From the NCBI GenBank assembly GCA_963745835.1, contig CAVUZH010000014.1:256001-320000 (forward strand): a DNA stretch of 64,000 nucleotides, written 5' to 3'. This document shows positions 18,935 to 26,954 of the stretch, in pieces. The notes under the pieces were generated by a model. The model saw nothing but the letters and a program-made list of their open reading frames with translations, was not told the origin of the DNA and did not search any database. Every line of letters starts with the position of its first letter. Within the stretch, counting starts at the first letter, position 1. The DNA comes from an uncultured delta proteobacterium (GTDB taxonomy: Bacteria; Desulfobacterota; Binatia; UBA9968). Both the position numbers and the translations under genes were made by a program.

Positions 18935-18957
18935 TTGACAGGGCTCATAGAAAGTCT
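18935..18957 (+). promoter_or_regulatory. -35 half of the IS110 circle-junction promoter
   Basis: TTGACA (18935-40) + 15 nt + CT joined to TATATT (17458-63) gives TTGACA-N17-TATATT. Confidence 0.85.
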
Positions 18958-19049
18958 CAGCTCATCCAACTTCGCGCGCCTTGCCTCTGAGGTCTTTTGA
19001 GCAGCCTCAGTCAAGCTCCCAGGACCTACTCTCGTCAGGTAGATTCATT

Positions 19050-20442
19050 GGTAGCGTCAAGAGTTGTGTGTAAAATCTTCGACGGGGTTTATACTCCAGT
19101 TAGTATTCAAGTGATGAAACACAGCGAAGACGATTCTTTGTAAACTCTGGGTATGAGCCATCACCCCCATGGGGCGAGTTCTTCGTCTGACTTCTCGAAA
19201 GGTCCGTTCGATTAAGTTGGTGGTCCTTAAGCGGCTCCACAGCTTAGAGTTCTTGATGGCAAAGAAGCTCAGCAGCTGATCGAAGTCTTTCTTTAAGCAA
19301 GCCACCGCTCTGGGATAAGCCTTTCTCCAACGTGAGGAAAATCGCCAGTAAGCCTGAGCCGCTTCTCGGCGATTGGCCGCATGGCTGATCCGGTTTAAAG
19401 CCGTCTTGACCGCCGGCTGGTCTTTCTTTTTCACTTTATCTAAGACGTTTCTGGTTTTGTGCGCCCAGCAGCGCTGTAGCAGGGGCTTGGGATAAATGAT
19501 CTGTAAGGCGTGATGCAGTCCCGTGCCGCCATCAGTAGCCATCAACTGGCACTGGCTCCCTTTGAGTCCTCTTCTGTAGAGATCGGCTAAGAAAGCTTCC
19601 CAGCAGGCCGCCGACTCACTGGCGGCCGGGTAAAAGTCGATCATTTCATGATGGCCTTCGACGGTGATGCCGAAGGCGCAAAGGAGGATTTTCTTTTGCA
19701 CCTTAAGCGCTCCCTTGCTCTTTAACACCACACCATCGAAGAACAGATAGCGGTAGCGATCCTGGAGCGAGCGGTCGTGATAACGACTGACCTCTTGATC
19801 CAACCCCCGCGCAATGCGTGAAATGGTCGAGGCCGAGACCTTCTCGCCCAAAACCGGCGCCAGTACCGCGGCAGCTTTGCGGGTGGACAGTCCCAAACAA
19901 AAACACGCCAACAGAACCCTATCCACTGAGCGGCAGCGCCGGGCATAGCGCTCAAAGAGCTTGGTCGGAAAACCGCCTTTGCGGCGGCGCGGCACTAACA
20001 GTTCTAAATCACCCATCTCGGTCAGCAGATGCCTTATGTAATACCCATTGCGGTAGTCCGGTCGATCCAATGCATGCTCGTAACGAGACAGCCCTAAGTA
20101 CTCGGCCATATCTTCTTCGAGCTGCTTCTGCACCAGTTCTTTGAGCACCTGGAGCGCCATCGGTTTAAAGTCTCCCTCCCAATCAAAACCGTTGATCTCA
20201 TTAAGAGCTCGCGATACATTTCTTGACGTTGCTTGATCGAGCAGCATCGGGGTGCCCTCCTCTTGTTTGTGTTGGTTGCACAACTCTGGAGTTAGCACCC
20301 CTTCTATTTTTTCCCAATCTAAAAATGACTTAGGCTTTTCCCTTAACCACCTCCCAATCCTCTCTTCTCGCCCAAATGTGAAAGTCATTTTCTCCCATCC
20401 TCTCTCCCCAATTCGAATTTACACACAGATCCATACATCACC
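19050..20442 (-). mobile_element. IS256-family insertion sequence, complete
   Basis: 8-bp TSD GATTCATT at 19042-49 and 20443-50; imperfect ~28-bp IRs GGTAGCGTCAAGAGTTGTGTGTAAAATC / GGTGATGTATGGATCTGTGTGTAAATTC. Confidence 0.92.
19057..20247 (-). CDS. IS256 (Mutator-like) DDE transposase
   Basis: YRNGYY.R.L.T.MG.L.L.VPR, LGLSTR, YLFFDG, ATDGGTGL, QRCWAHKTRN, RTTNLIER. Start moved to ATG 20247 after GAGGAGG. Confidence 0.93.
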   Translation of the reverse strand: MLLDQATSRNVSRALNEINGFDWEGDFKPMALQVLKELVQKQLEEDMAEYLGLSRYEHALDRPDYRNGYYIRHLLTEMGDLELLVPRRRKGGFPTKLFERYARRCRSVDRVLLACFCLGLSTRKAAAVLAPVLGEKVSASTISRIARGLDQEVSRYHDRSLQDRYRYLFFDGVVLKSKGALKVQKKILLCAFGITVEGHHEMIDFYPAASESAACWEAFLADLYRRGLKGSQCQLMATDGGTGLHHALQIIYPKPLLQRCWAHKTRNVLDKVKKKDQPAVKTALNRISHAANRREAAQAYWRFSSRWRKAYPRAVACLKKDFDQLLSFFAIKNSKLWSRLRTTNLIERTFREVRRRTRPMGVMAHTQSLQRIVFAVFHHLNTNWSINPVEDFTHNS

Positions 20443-20457
20443 GATTCATTACGCGCG

Positions 20458-20487
20458 TTGACATCATAATCATGTGTCAGCTACTTT
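20458..20487 (+). promoter_or_regulatory. sigma70-like promoter with a TGACA-N11-TGTCA dyad (MFS paralog 2)
   Basis: TTGACA-N18-TACTTT, 7 nt from the IS256 TSD. Confidence 0.55.
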
Positions 20488-20564
20488 TATGAATGCTACA
20501 AATCCCGGCTCTAACGCTCTCTGAGGCCGTCCTTCCAATATTAAGCTCTGCCTTTGATTGATCG

Positions 20565-21833
20565 ATGCTTCGCGAACTTCGCGACCGGCTGGCCGGTCTA
20601 TTTTATGGCTGGCGCATGGTCGGCGTCAGTTGCGCTATCCGCCTTCTCGGCGGCGGGCTACATGCATACGGTTTTACCGTTTTCTTTCTACCCATCACTC
20701 AAGAGTTAGGCCTCTCACGGGCCGCGACTTCGTTGGTTTTCTCTCTGGCGCGCGCTCAAGGCGCGATTGAAGGACCGGTGGCTGGCTATTGTATCGACCG
20801 GTATGGACCGCGGCCGGTAATTTTTGTCGCAACTCTTTTGGCCGGTATAGGCTATATGCTCCTGGCCGGAGTGCACAGTTATACCGCTCTGCTGATTGTC
20901 TACATGGGGATCATCTCGCTCTCCTACCAAGCCGGGTTTATGGATGCCACCATGGTGGTCGCCAACAGCTGGTTTATTCGCAAACGAGCTCTGGCCATGT
21001 CGCTCACCAGCGGTTCCATCGCGCTTGGCGGCACCCTGTTCACTCCGTTTCTCGCTTACGCCGTGCACACGTGGGGTTGGCGCAGCGCCGCGATCGGCGC
21101 CGGAGTGGCCTTTCTTCTCGGTGGTCTGCCCCTGTCCATGCTGCTGCGCCGCTCGCCGGAGAGTATGGGCTTGTTGCCGGATGGCGAGCCGTTGCCCAAA
21201 ACACCCGACGCAAAAGGATCAACCCACCCCGGTGAGGAAGCAAATTTTTCTCTGCAGCAAACCTTACGCTCGCGCCAGTTCTGGTTGCTCGCGGTCGCCA
21301 CGACGCTACGCGTAGTTTGCTCCAGCTGTGTCCTGGTCCATTTCGTGCCAATCCTGGTTTGGCGCGGTTTGACCGAGCAGCGCGCCGCCTTTTTCCTGGC
21401 GTTTATCGCTTTGCTCGGCATGCCGGCGCATCTCACAATCGGCTGGCTCGGCGATCGCCTTAACAAGCCCAGGCTAATGGCCACGTGTATGATCATTGCA
21501 AGCTTGTCGGTCTATTTGCTGTTTTCATACACCGTGGAATGGCAACTCTGGCTGGCGCTGGTGCTCTTCACCGTAGTGGAAGGGCTTTTTCCCGTTACGT
21601 GGGCGACCGTAGGCGATTTTTTTGGCCGGAATAATTTCGCCAAAGTTCGCGGCAGCATGAGCTTTCTTTACATGTGGGGTAGCGTCATAGGTCCGGTGAT
21701 GGCCGGCGCTGTGTACGATCGCACCCAAAGCTACAGTCCACTGATGTGGGCACTGATCAGTTTGTGTTGGGTGACAGCGCTCATCTATGCTGTACTGGTC
21801 AAACCGAGCTCCCGTTCTTCTTCTCTTAGCTAA
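20565..21833 (+). CDS. MFS transporter (paralog A2)
   Basis: Colinear with 16107-17408 (YGFTVFFLPITQELGL, AIEGP, RSPESMGL, WATVGDFFGR). Confidence 0.9.
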   Translation: MLRELRDRLAGLFYGWRMVGVSCAIRLLGGGLHAYGFTVFFLPITQELGLSRAATSLVFSLARAQGAIEGPVAGYCIDRYGPRPVIFVATLLAGIGYMLLAGVHSYTALLIVYMGIISLSYQAGFMDATMVVANSWFIRKRALAMSLTSGSIALGGTLFTPFLAYAVHTWGWRSAAIGAGVAFLLGGLPLSMLLRRSPESMGLLPDGEPLPKTPDAKGSTHPGEEANFSLQQTLRSRQFWLLAVATTLRVVCSSCVLVHFVPILVWRGLTEQRAAFFLAFIALLGMPAHLTIGWLGDRLNKPRLMATCMIIASLSVYLLFSYTVEWQLWLALVLFTVVEGLFPVTWATVGDFFGRNNFAKVRGSMSFLYMWGSVIGPVMAGAVYDRTQSYSPLMWALISLCWVTALIYAVLVKPSSRSSSLS

Positions 21834-21836
21834 CTT

Positions 21837-22286
21837 GTGAATCAATTGAGCAAGCACAACGGCATCAAGTTCATTCATAAATGGCTACCGGTGCTCCTGT
21901 GGGCCTGCGTCATATTTTTATTTTCCACCGAGCACTTTGCAGCGCCGCAATCTTCGCGGATTTTGGGACCGCTGCTGCACTGGCTCTTCCCAGGCGTCAC
22001 TCCGGAACAAGTGTCGTTCGTGCAATTTGTCGTTCGCAAGCTCGGTCATTGGTTCGAATACTTTGTCCTAGCCGTATTGCTCTATCGCGCTTTATACGCA
22101 GAGAGTAGCGGCAAAAGTTCCATGCGCCCCGCGGTATTGACCATATTTCTTGCGCTCGTCTGGGCAATAACGGACGAGTTTCATCAGTCTCTGGTGCCAA
22201 GTCGAACCGCAAGCATTGTCGACGTTACGATCGACGGCTTCGGGGCGGTTTGTGGAACTTTTTGGAGATATCTGCGCTTCAGATGA
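21837..22286 (+). CDS. VanZ-family membrane protein
   Basis: VRKLGHWFEYFVL and AITDEFHQSLVPSRTASIVDVTID. Confidence 0.88.
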   Translation: MNQLSKHNGIKFIHKWLPVLLWACVIFLFSTEHFAAPQSSRILGPLLHWLFPGVTPEQVSFVQFVVRKLGHWFEYFVLAVLLYRALYAESSGKSSMRPAVLTIFLALVWAITDEFHQSLVPSRTASIVDVTIDGFGAVCGTFWRYLRFR

Positions 22287-22438
22287 GCGAGAGAGCCAAA
22301 TGGCGTCGTAGCGCGCCGGAGGAATTGTCTCTACGGGCCGAAAAAACTTGACAACCTAACGGTAACTATCCACGATGCTCAGGACGGTGATTTCGCCTGA
22401 AAAATCTTGATTAAGCAACTCATAATCCTCTTCTCTCG

Positions 22439-22978
22439 ATGACATTTTTAACTCGTTTGGCCGGCCTGCTCATTCTCCTTAGCCTTTCCTCTGCTTGCTC
22501 GAGCTCCGACAGCGGACCGGCAGTCACTGCCACAAACTTCATGCCGCCGGAACTCCTGAAGGGAGCCTCATATTCGCCGTCGGCTATGGAGGCGTTGAGC
22601 CGCGGCCTTGCCGTTATCACTCCTTCAGGAGCGGCGCTGCAAGACGTTTATTACGAATTTGATAGCGTCGATCTGAAAGCCGAGGCCGAGGCTATCCTCA
22701 AGAAGAATGCCGAATGGATGAAAGCCAATCCGTTGGCCCGGGTTGAAGTCGAAGGACACTGTGACGACGTCGGATCAGCCGAATATAATCTGGCGTTGGG
22801 CGCCAAACGCGCTCAAACGGCCAGGGATTTTCTTGTGCAGGAAGGCATCGCGCCCGATCGACTGGTCACGATCAGTTACGGCAAAGAAGCGCCCGCGTGT
22901 TTCGATCCGAACGAAGACTGCCGGGTCAAAAACCGCCGCGCCCGTTTTGTGACGTTTACCGAGCTGCCAACTTCGTAA
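22439..22978 (+). CDS. pal: Pal/OmpA-family peptidoglycan-associated lipoprotein
   Basis: Lipobox SSAC; VYYEFDS, VEGHCDDVGSAEYNLALGAKRA, ISYGKEAP, NRRA. Confidence 0.85.
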   Translation: MTFLTRLAGLLILLSLSSACSSSDSGPAVTATNFMPPELLKGASYSPSAMEALSRGLAVITPSGAALQDVYYEFDSVDLKAEAEAILKKNAEWMKANPLARVEVEGHCDDVGSAEYNLALGAKRAQTARDFLVQEGIAPDRLVTISYGKEAPACFDPNEDCRVKNRRARFVTFTELPTS

Positions 22979-23000
22979 ATCCCAGAATGTCAGAAGACTT

Positions 23001-23154
23001 TTCACGGAAGAGGCGGAGAGAACGCAGAGGGTCGTTTCCAAAACTCCCGCAGCGCCTCCATATCGTCATGCTCGGATCTTAACACTGCAGAGAGTTCGCA
23101 CGGATTTCGTTTCGAGACTCTGCGAGTCGCCGGCCTCTGCGCCTCAGCGGTAAA
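23001..23154. repeat. Degenerate inverted REP-like pair between convergent genes
   Basis: TTCACGGAAGAGGCGGAGAGAACGCAGAG at 23001, and the inverse CTCTGCG...CTCTGCGCCTCAGCGGTAAA ending at 23154. Confidence 0.5.
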
Positions 23155-23215
23155 TAACTCTGATTCTTGCACCAGCAAAGACACAGAGTACGCACGGTTG
23201 AGATTCCTAATTCGC

Positions 23216-25795
23216 TCACTCATAACCGATGGCGGAGACGATCGGCGTGGCGGCGGCTTGTTTGGCCGGCCAATAGCCGGCTAGCAGGCAAAGAATCACA
23301 GATATAAAAATCGATAGCGCCGACAGATGATAGGGATAGTAGTATTCAAAGGTCCAACCGGTCAGTACTTTCGTGTTATAAACCACGTGATGGTAGGACA
23401 TGATGGTGCCGGCGATCAAACCCAAGAACCCGCCGATGAGACCGATCCATGCAGCCTCGAAGATAATCATCCGGCGAATTTGAGCTTGCGTCGCGCCGAT
23501 GGCGCGTAACACGCCGATCTCTCGCGCGCGATCCAGAACCGAAGCCAACAAAGTGTTGATGACGCTAAAGACCGCCACGACCACGGCAACAATTTCGACG
23601 GCATAGTTGACCACGAACGATTGCTCCATGATACGCACCACCGACTCTTTTAGCTGCCGATGTGTGCTGATGAACAGCTCGTACTGCTCGCCATAATCTT
23701 CCTTGATCTTTTCAATAACGACGCTTTGATCGGCGCCTGGTTCCAACCATATATCAAACGCGTCTACCAACTCGTCCTGCCAAAACTTCTTGTACAAACC
23801 GCGATCGATCAAGACGCTGCCGATATCGGAAGAATAATCGATGTAAACGCCCAGCACCTTGAAAGCAATGAGACCGGCCGGAGTGGCAAGCTCGATGGTG
23901 TCGTTGGCGCCCTTGCCGAACTTGCTCTGGAAGCTCTCGCTAACGATAACGCCCTTACCCGCGGCCATTTCGCTCAACGCTTTCTTGCCGTCTCCTCCGG
24001 GAGTCGGCAGACTGCGCACGCTAGCGGATTCCACCGCTGAAAACGATTCGATCAGAATCGGCATTCCATTGTACGTCGAACGGATCAAACGATAGAGATC
24101 GACGATCTTGACACCCGGCACCGATTTAAGACCTGGTAAGGGATCTTCCCTAAGCGGCACATTTTTTGGCCCCGCCGTGCGCGCGCCGGAGCTGACGATC
24201 AGGTCAGCGGTGACCATTTGATCGATCCAGGCGAGCAGGGATCCACGCACGCTGTTAACGAATGCGGCGATGGTGAAGATTGCGGCAAGGCTAATCACGA
24301 TCGTAGCCACCGTGATGCCAGATCTGATCGGGTTTTTTCGCAGGCTATCGGATGCGAGCCTGGTTTCCGCCCAGGAAAAGCCGGGAATAATTATGTCGGC
24401 GCGCCAGAACCACTTAACGCAGGAGTTGATGATCAGCGGGCAAAGAAATGCCAAGCCAAGCAGTAAAATCAGCATGCCGATCACCCCAGCGCTGAACTGT
24501 CGGATGGGGCTCTGCAGAATGGCAGCGAAAAAAATAAGCATTGGAGATAGCACAAGGCAGATTACGCCAAGGCGGGTAGCCAAGGAATTTCTACCGTGAA
24601 ATCCGGGACGCCAGGCGGCTTGCCGGGCATTTTCCAACGGACTCATGCGCACGGCTTCGAGGGCGGGATGAAGGGCAGCGAGGACGGCCACTCCGACGCC
24701 GCTGGCAACTGCCAACGCCAGCTCTTGCAAGGTCAATCCGCCGGCTGTCAGGGCAATCGACGAAAACAGATTGCGCACAGTTTCGCCGACTGCGACCAAC
24801 GCCGCCTGGGCCAGCAGCCATCCAAACACGCAGCCCGCCAGCGCGCCGACGAGAGCAAGGATTAGAGCCTCTGAGATAATCCAGCGGAGCAACTCACCGC
24901 GTCTCATGCCGATGCAGCGCAAGGCGCCGATTTCTCTTTTTCTCTGCACCACCGAAACCGATACGGTGTTGTAGATGAGAAAGAATCCGACAAACAGCGC
25001 AATCAGACTGACGAAGAATAGACCGACCCGAAAAGACGTTAATAAGGATTCGATCTGCTCGCCCCGTTTGCGCGGCCGTTCAACATCGGCCATTCCTTGC
25101 AGACGCTGACGTAATCTCTGCTGCACATCTTCGGCGGTTGCGCCTGGCTCGATGGTGAGATCGACGATATCGAGCTTTCCCTGTTTGCCGAATGCCCTCT
25201 GTGCTACCGGTAGATCCATCAAAGCAAAGTTGCCGCCGAATACTTTGGCGGTTCCTTCCTCCTTCAACAACGCGCGTACCGTATAGGTCTGCTTCCCTCG
25301 GCTGGTGATCACGGTGAGCGGAGACTCCAAGTTGAGATCGAGACGGCGGGCAAAAGTTTCAGTTACGGCAATCGAGTCAGGCGCGGCAATGAAATCAAGC
25401 GCCTGGTCGAAATCAAAGCCGGCGCCGGTAAACTGATGATCGCGGATGGCAAAATCGGTCAGCAAGTCTACGCCATAAACATAAAGGCGTTCGGCTGCCG
25501 CGCTTACAGGTAAGAAGCCATCCACGGCCGCGGCCGCATCCTGGACGCCGCGCGTATCCCGAATCACCGGGAAAAGATCTTCACGAATGCCGCTTTCACC
25601 ATTAGCGACCTGCAACACAGCCTTGCCGGCAATCTGATCGATGGTCGACTGAAACGATGTGGTCAGGGATTTATTGACGATGGCGATAGCAACGATGACC
25701 GCCACACCCAAAGCGATGCCGAGAAACGTCAAGAATGTTCTCAGCCGGTGCAGTTTCAGATGGCGCCATGAGACGGTTTCAAGCAAGCGCAACAT
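23216..25795 (-). CDS. ABC transporter permease, double MacB/FtsX-like domain
   Basis: LTFLGIALGVAV, VVQRKREIGALRCIG, LDRAREIGVLRAIGAT. Confidence 0.9.
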   Translation of the reverse strand: MLRLLETVSWRHLKLHRLRTFLTFLGIALGVAVIVAIAIVNKSLTTSFQSTIDQIAGKAVLQVANGESGIREDLFPVIRDTRGVQDAAAAVDGFLPVSAAAERLYVYGVDLLTDFAIRDHQFTGAGFDFDQALDFIAAPDSIAVTETFARRLDLNLESPLTVITSRGKQTYTVRALLKEEGTAKVFGGNFALMDLPVAQRAFGKQGKLDIVDLTIEPGATAEDVQQRLRQRLQGMADVERPRKRGEQIESLLTSFRVGLFFVSLIALFVGFFLIYNTVSVSVVQRKREIGALRCIGMRRGELLRWIISEALILALVGALAGCVFGWLLAQAALVAVGETVRNLFSSIALTAGGLTLQELALAVASGVGVAVLAALHPALEAVRMSPLENARQAAWRPGFHGRNSLATRLGVICLVLSPMLIFFAAILQSPIRQFSAGVIGMLILLLGLAFLCPLIINSCVKWFWRADIIIPGFSWAETRLASDSLRKNPIRSGITVATIVISLAAIFTIAAFVNSVRGSLLAWIDQMVTADLIVSSGARTAGPKNVPLREDPLPGLKSVPGVKIVDLYRLIRSTYNGMPILIESFSAVESASVRSLPTPGGDGKKALSEMAAGKGVIVSESFQSKFGKGANDTIELATPAGLIAFKVLGVYIDYSSDIGSVLIDRGLYKKFWQDELVDAFDIWLEPGADQSVVIEKIKEDYGEQYELFISTHRQLKESVVRIMEQSFVVNYAVEIVAVVVAVFSVINTLLASVLDRAREIGVLRAIGATQAQIRRMIIFEAAWIGLIGGFLGLIAGTIMSYHHVVYNTKVLTGWTFEYYYPYHLSALSIFISVILCLLAGYWPAKQAAATPIVSAIGYE

Positions 25796-26466
25796 CAGAA
25801 ATCTTTCTCGATGAGGCCGTCATGCAGGCAAATGGTTCGGTCGCCGACCTTGGCAGCCTCGGGGCTGTGGGTGACCATGACTATGGTACAGCGATCCTCC
25901 TGGTTGATCCGGCGCAAAAGGTTGAGAACAATCTCGCCGTTTTTTGAATCCAGGTTGCCGGTGGGTTCGTCCGCCAGGATAATCGGCGGCTCGAAGGCTA
26001 AAGCTCGAGCGATCGCCAATCGCTGGATTTCCCCACCGGACAACGCTTCAGGCAAGTGGGATCGGCGATGCGCCAAGCCAACCTTGTCGAGAAGAAACTG
26101 TGCTCGCTGAGCGGCCTTCGCTCTAGGACGGCCATCGAGCACGAAAGGCAGAGTGATGTTCTCCAGCGCCGTCAGAGTCGGCAGTAGATTAAAAAATTGA
26201 AATACAAAGCCGATCTGGGTTCGGCGGAAAAGGGTCACTTGATCATCCGCCATTTGCGATATGATCCGCTCACCCACCAGAACATCTCCAGCGCTGGGAC
26301 GATCCAGGCCGCCCATAAGATGCAACAGCGTGCTCTTCCCCGACCCGCTCGGGCCCATGATCGTCGAGAACTGACCCTGCGGAATATCGACGGTAATTCC
26401 GGATAAGACGGTAACTTCGTTATCGCCCTGGCGGTAGGTTTTGCGAACGTCGAGGCAGCGAATCAT
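25795..26466 (-). CDS. ABC ATP-binding protein (LolD/MacB-like)
   Basis: GPSGSGKST, GFVFQFFNLLP, LSGGE, ILADEPTGNLD, VTH; stop overlaps the permease start. Confidence 0.93.
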   Translation of the reverse strand: MIRCLDVRKTYRQGDNEVTVLSGITVDIPQGQFSTIMGPSGSGKSTLLHLMGGLDRPSAGDVLVGERIISQMADDQVTLFRRTQIGFVFQFFNLLPTLTALENITLPFVLDGRPRAKAAQRAQFLLDKVGLAHRRSHLPEALSGGEIQRLAIARALAFEPPIILADEPTGNLDSKNGEIVLNLLRRINQEDRCTIVMVTHSPEAAKVGDRTICLHDGLIEKDF

Positions 26467-26478
26467 GCGGTGCGATGA

Positions 26479-26850
26479 TTAACTGACGCGGCAGAGTGTA
26501 GGAGCGGTGACAGCCGGAGAATCCGTCCCGCTTTTCTGAATCGTTTCCAGCTCTTCAAGATTTCGCTTGACCGCTGCGCTGAAGGAGGCCAGCTCGACGC
26601 CCAGATAGACCGGGCTGTAGGGCTCGATCTTTTCCAGTCCCATGCGCCAAAGCTTGATCGCTCCGGCGGGTACGCCTTGCTGTAATTTGAAATAACCTGC
26701 GGCGATTTGAATGATGCCTTGATAGAACTTCCGATCTTCGCCGCGCTCCTCCAACCAAAGCTCCTCCAAGGTTTCATGACACTCAAAGAAGAGCTGCTGA
26801 TTAAACTCGTCAATACCTTTTTGAAGGCGCGGATCGTCTTGTGCTTCCAT
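26479..26850 (-). CDS. DUF309 domain protein
   Basis: FNQQLFFECHETLEELW and FYQGIIQIAAG. Confidence 0.88.
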   Translation of the reverse strand: MEAQDDPRLQKGIDEFNQQLFFECHETLEELWLEERGEDRKFYQGIIQIAAGYFKLQQGVPAGAIKLWRMGLEKIEPYSPVYLGVELASFSAAVKRNLEELETIQKSGTDSPAVTAPTLCRVS

Positions 26851-26954
26851 CAGATGCGTTCCCTAATCGACTAAGCAGCTCCCACAGTGGCAACATCGTC
26901 CACAGCTTGTATAGTCAGTAGAGGATCCAAGAGTCAGTTAAGATTGCGAACTTA

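Larger units (their letters stand above)
17456..18957 (+). mobile_element. IS110-family insertion sequence (bridge-RNA recombinase element), complete
   Basis: CT core at 17456-57 and 18956-57; no TIR; long non-coding left end; short right end carrying TTGACA; DEDD recombinase gene. Confidence 0.93.
17387..19006. repeat. ~120-bp palindromic MITE/REP-like repeat split by the IS110 insertion (halves 17387-17457 and 18958-19006)
   Basis: Terminal IR GGCTGCTGAATCAGCCTCATAGG vs rc(right) GGCTGCTCAAAAGACCTCAGAGG (17/23); internal hairpin CGCTTCA-acgtac-TGAAGCG; related copies at 35303 and 39275. Confidence 0.75.

Noticed and set aside
20248-20388. N-terminal extensions in the ORF track (also before 5962, 10587, 14803, 31653 and 35377)
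   Set aside because: Downstream ATGs have better RBSs and match family starts; the extensions cross promoters, repeats or IS ends.
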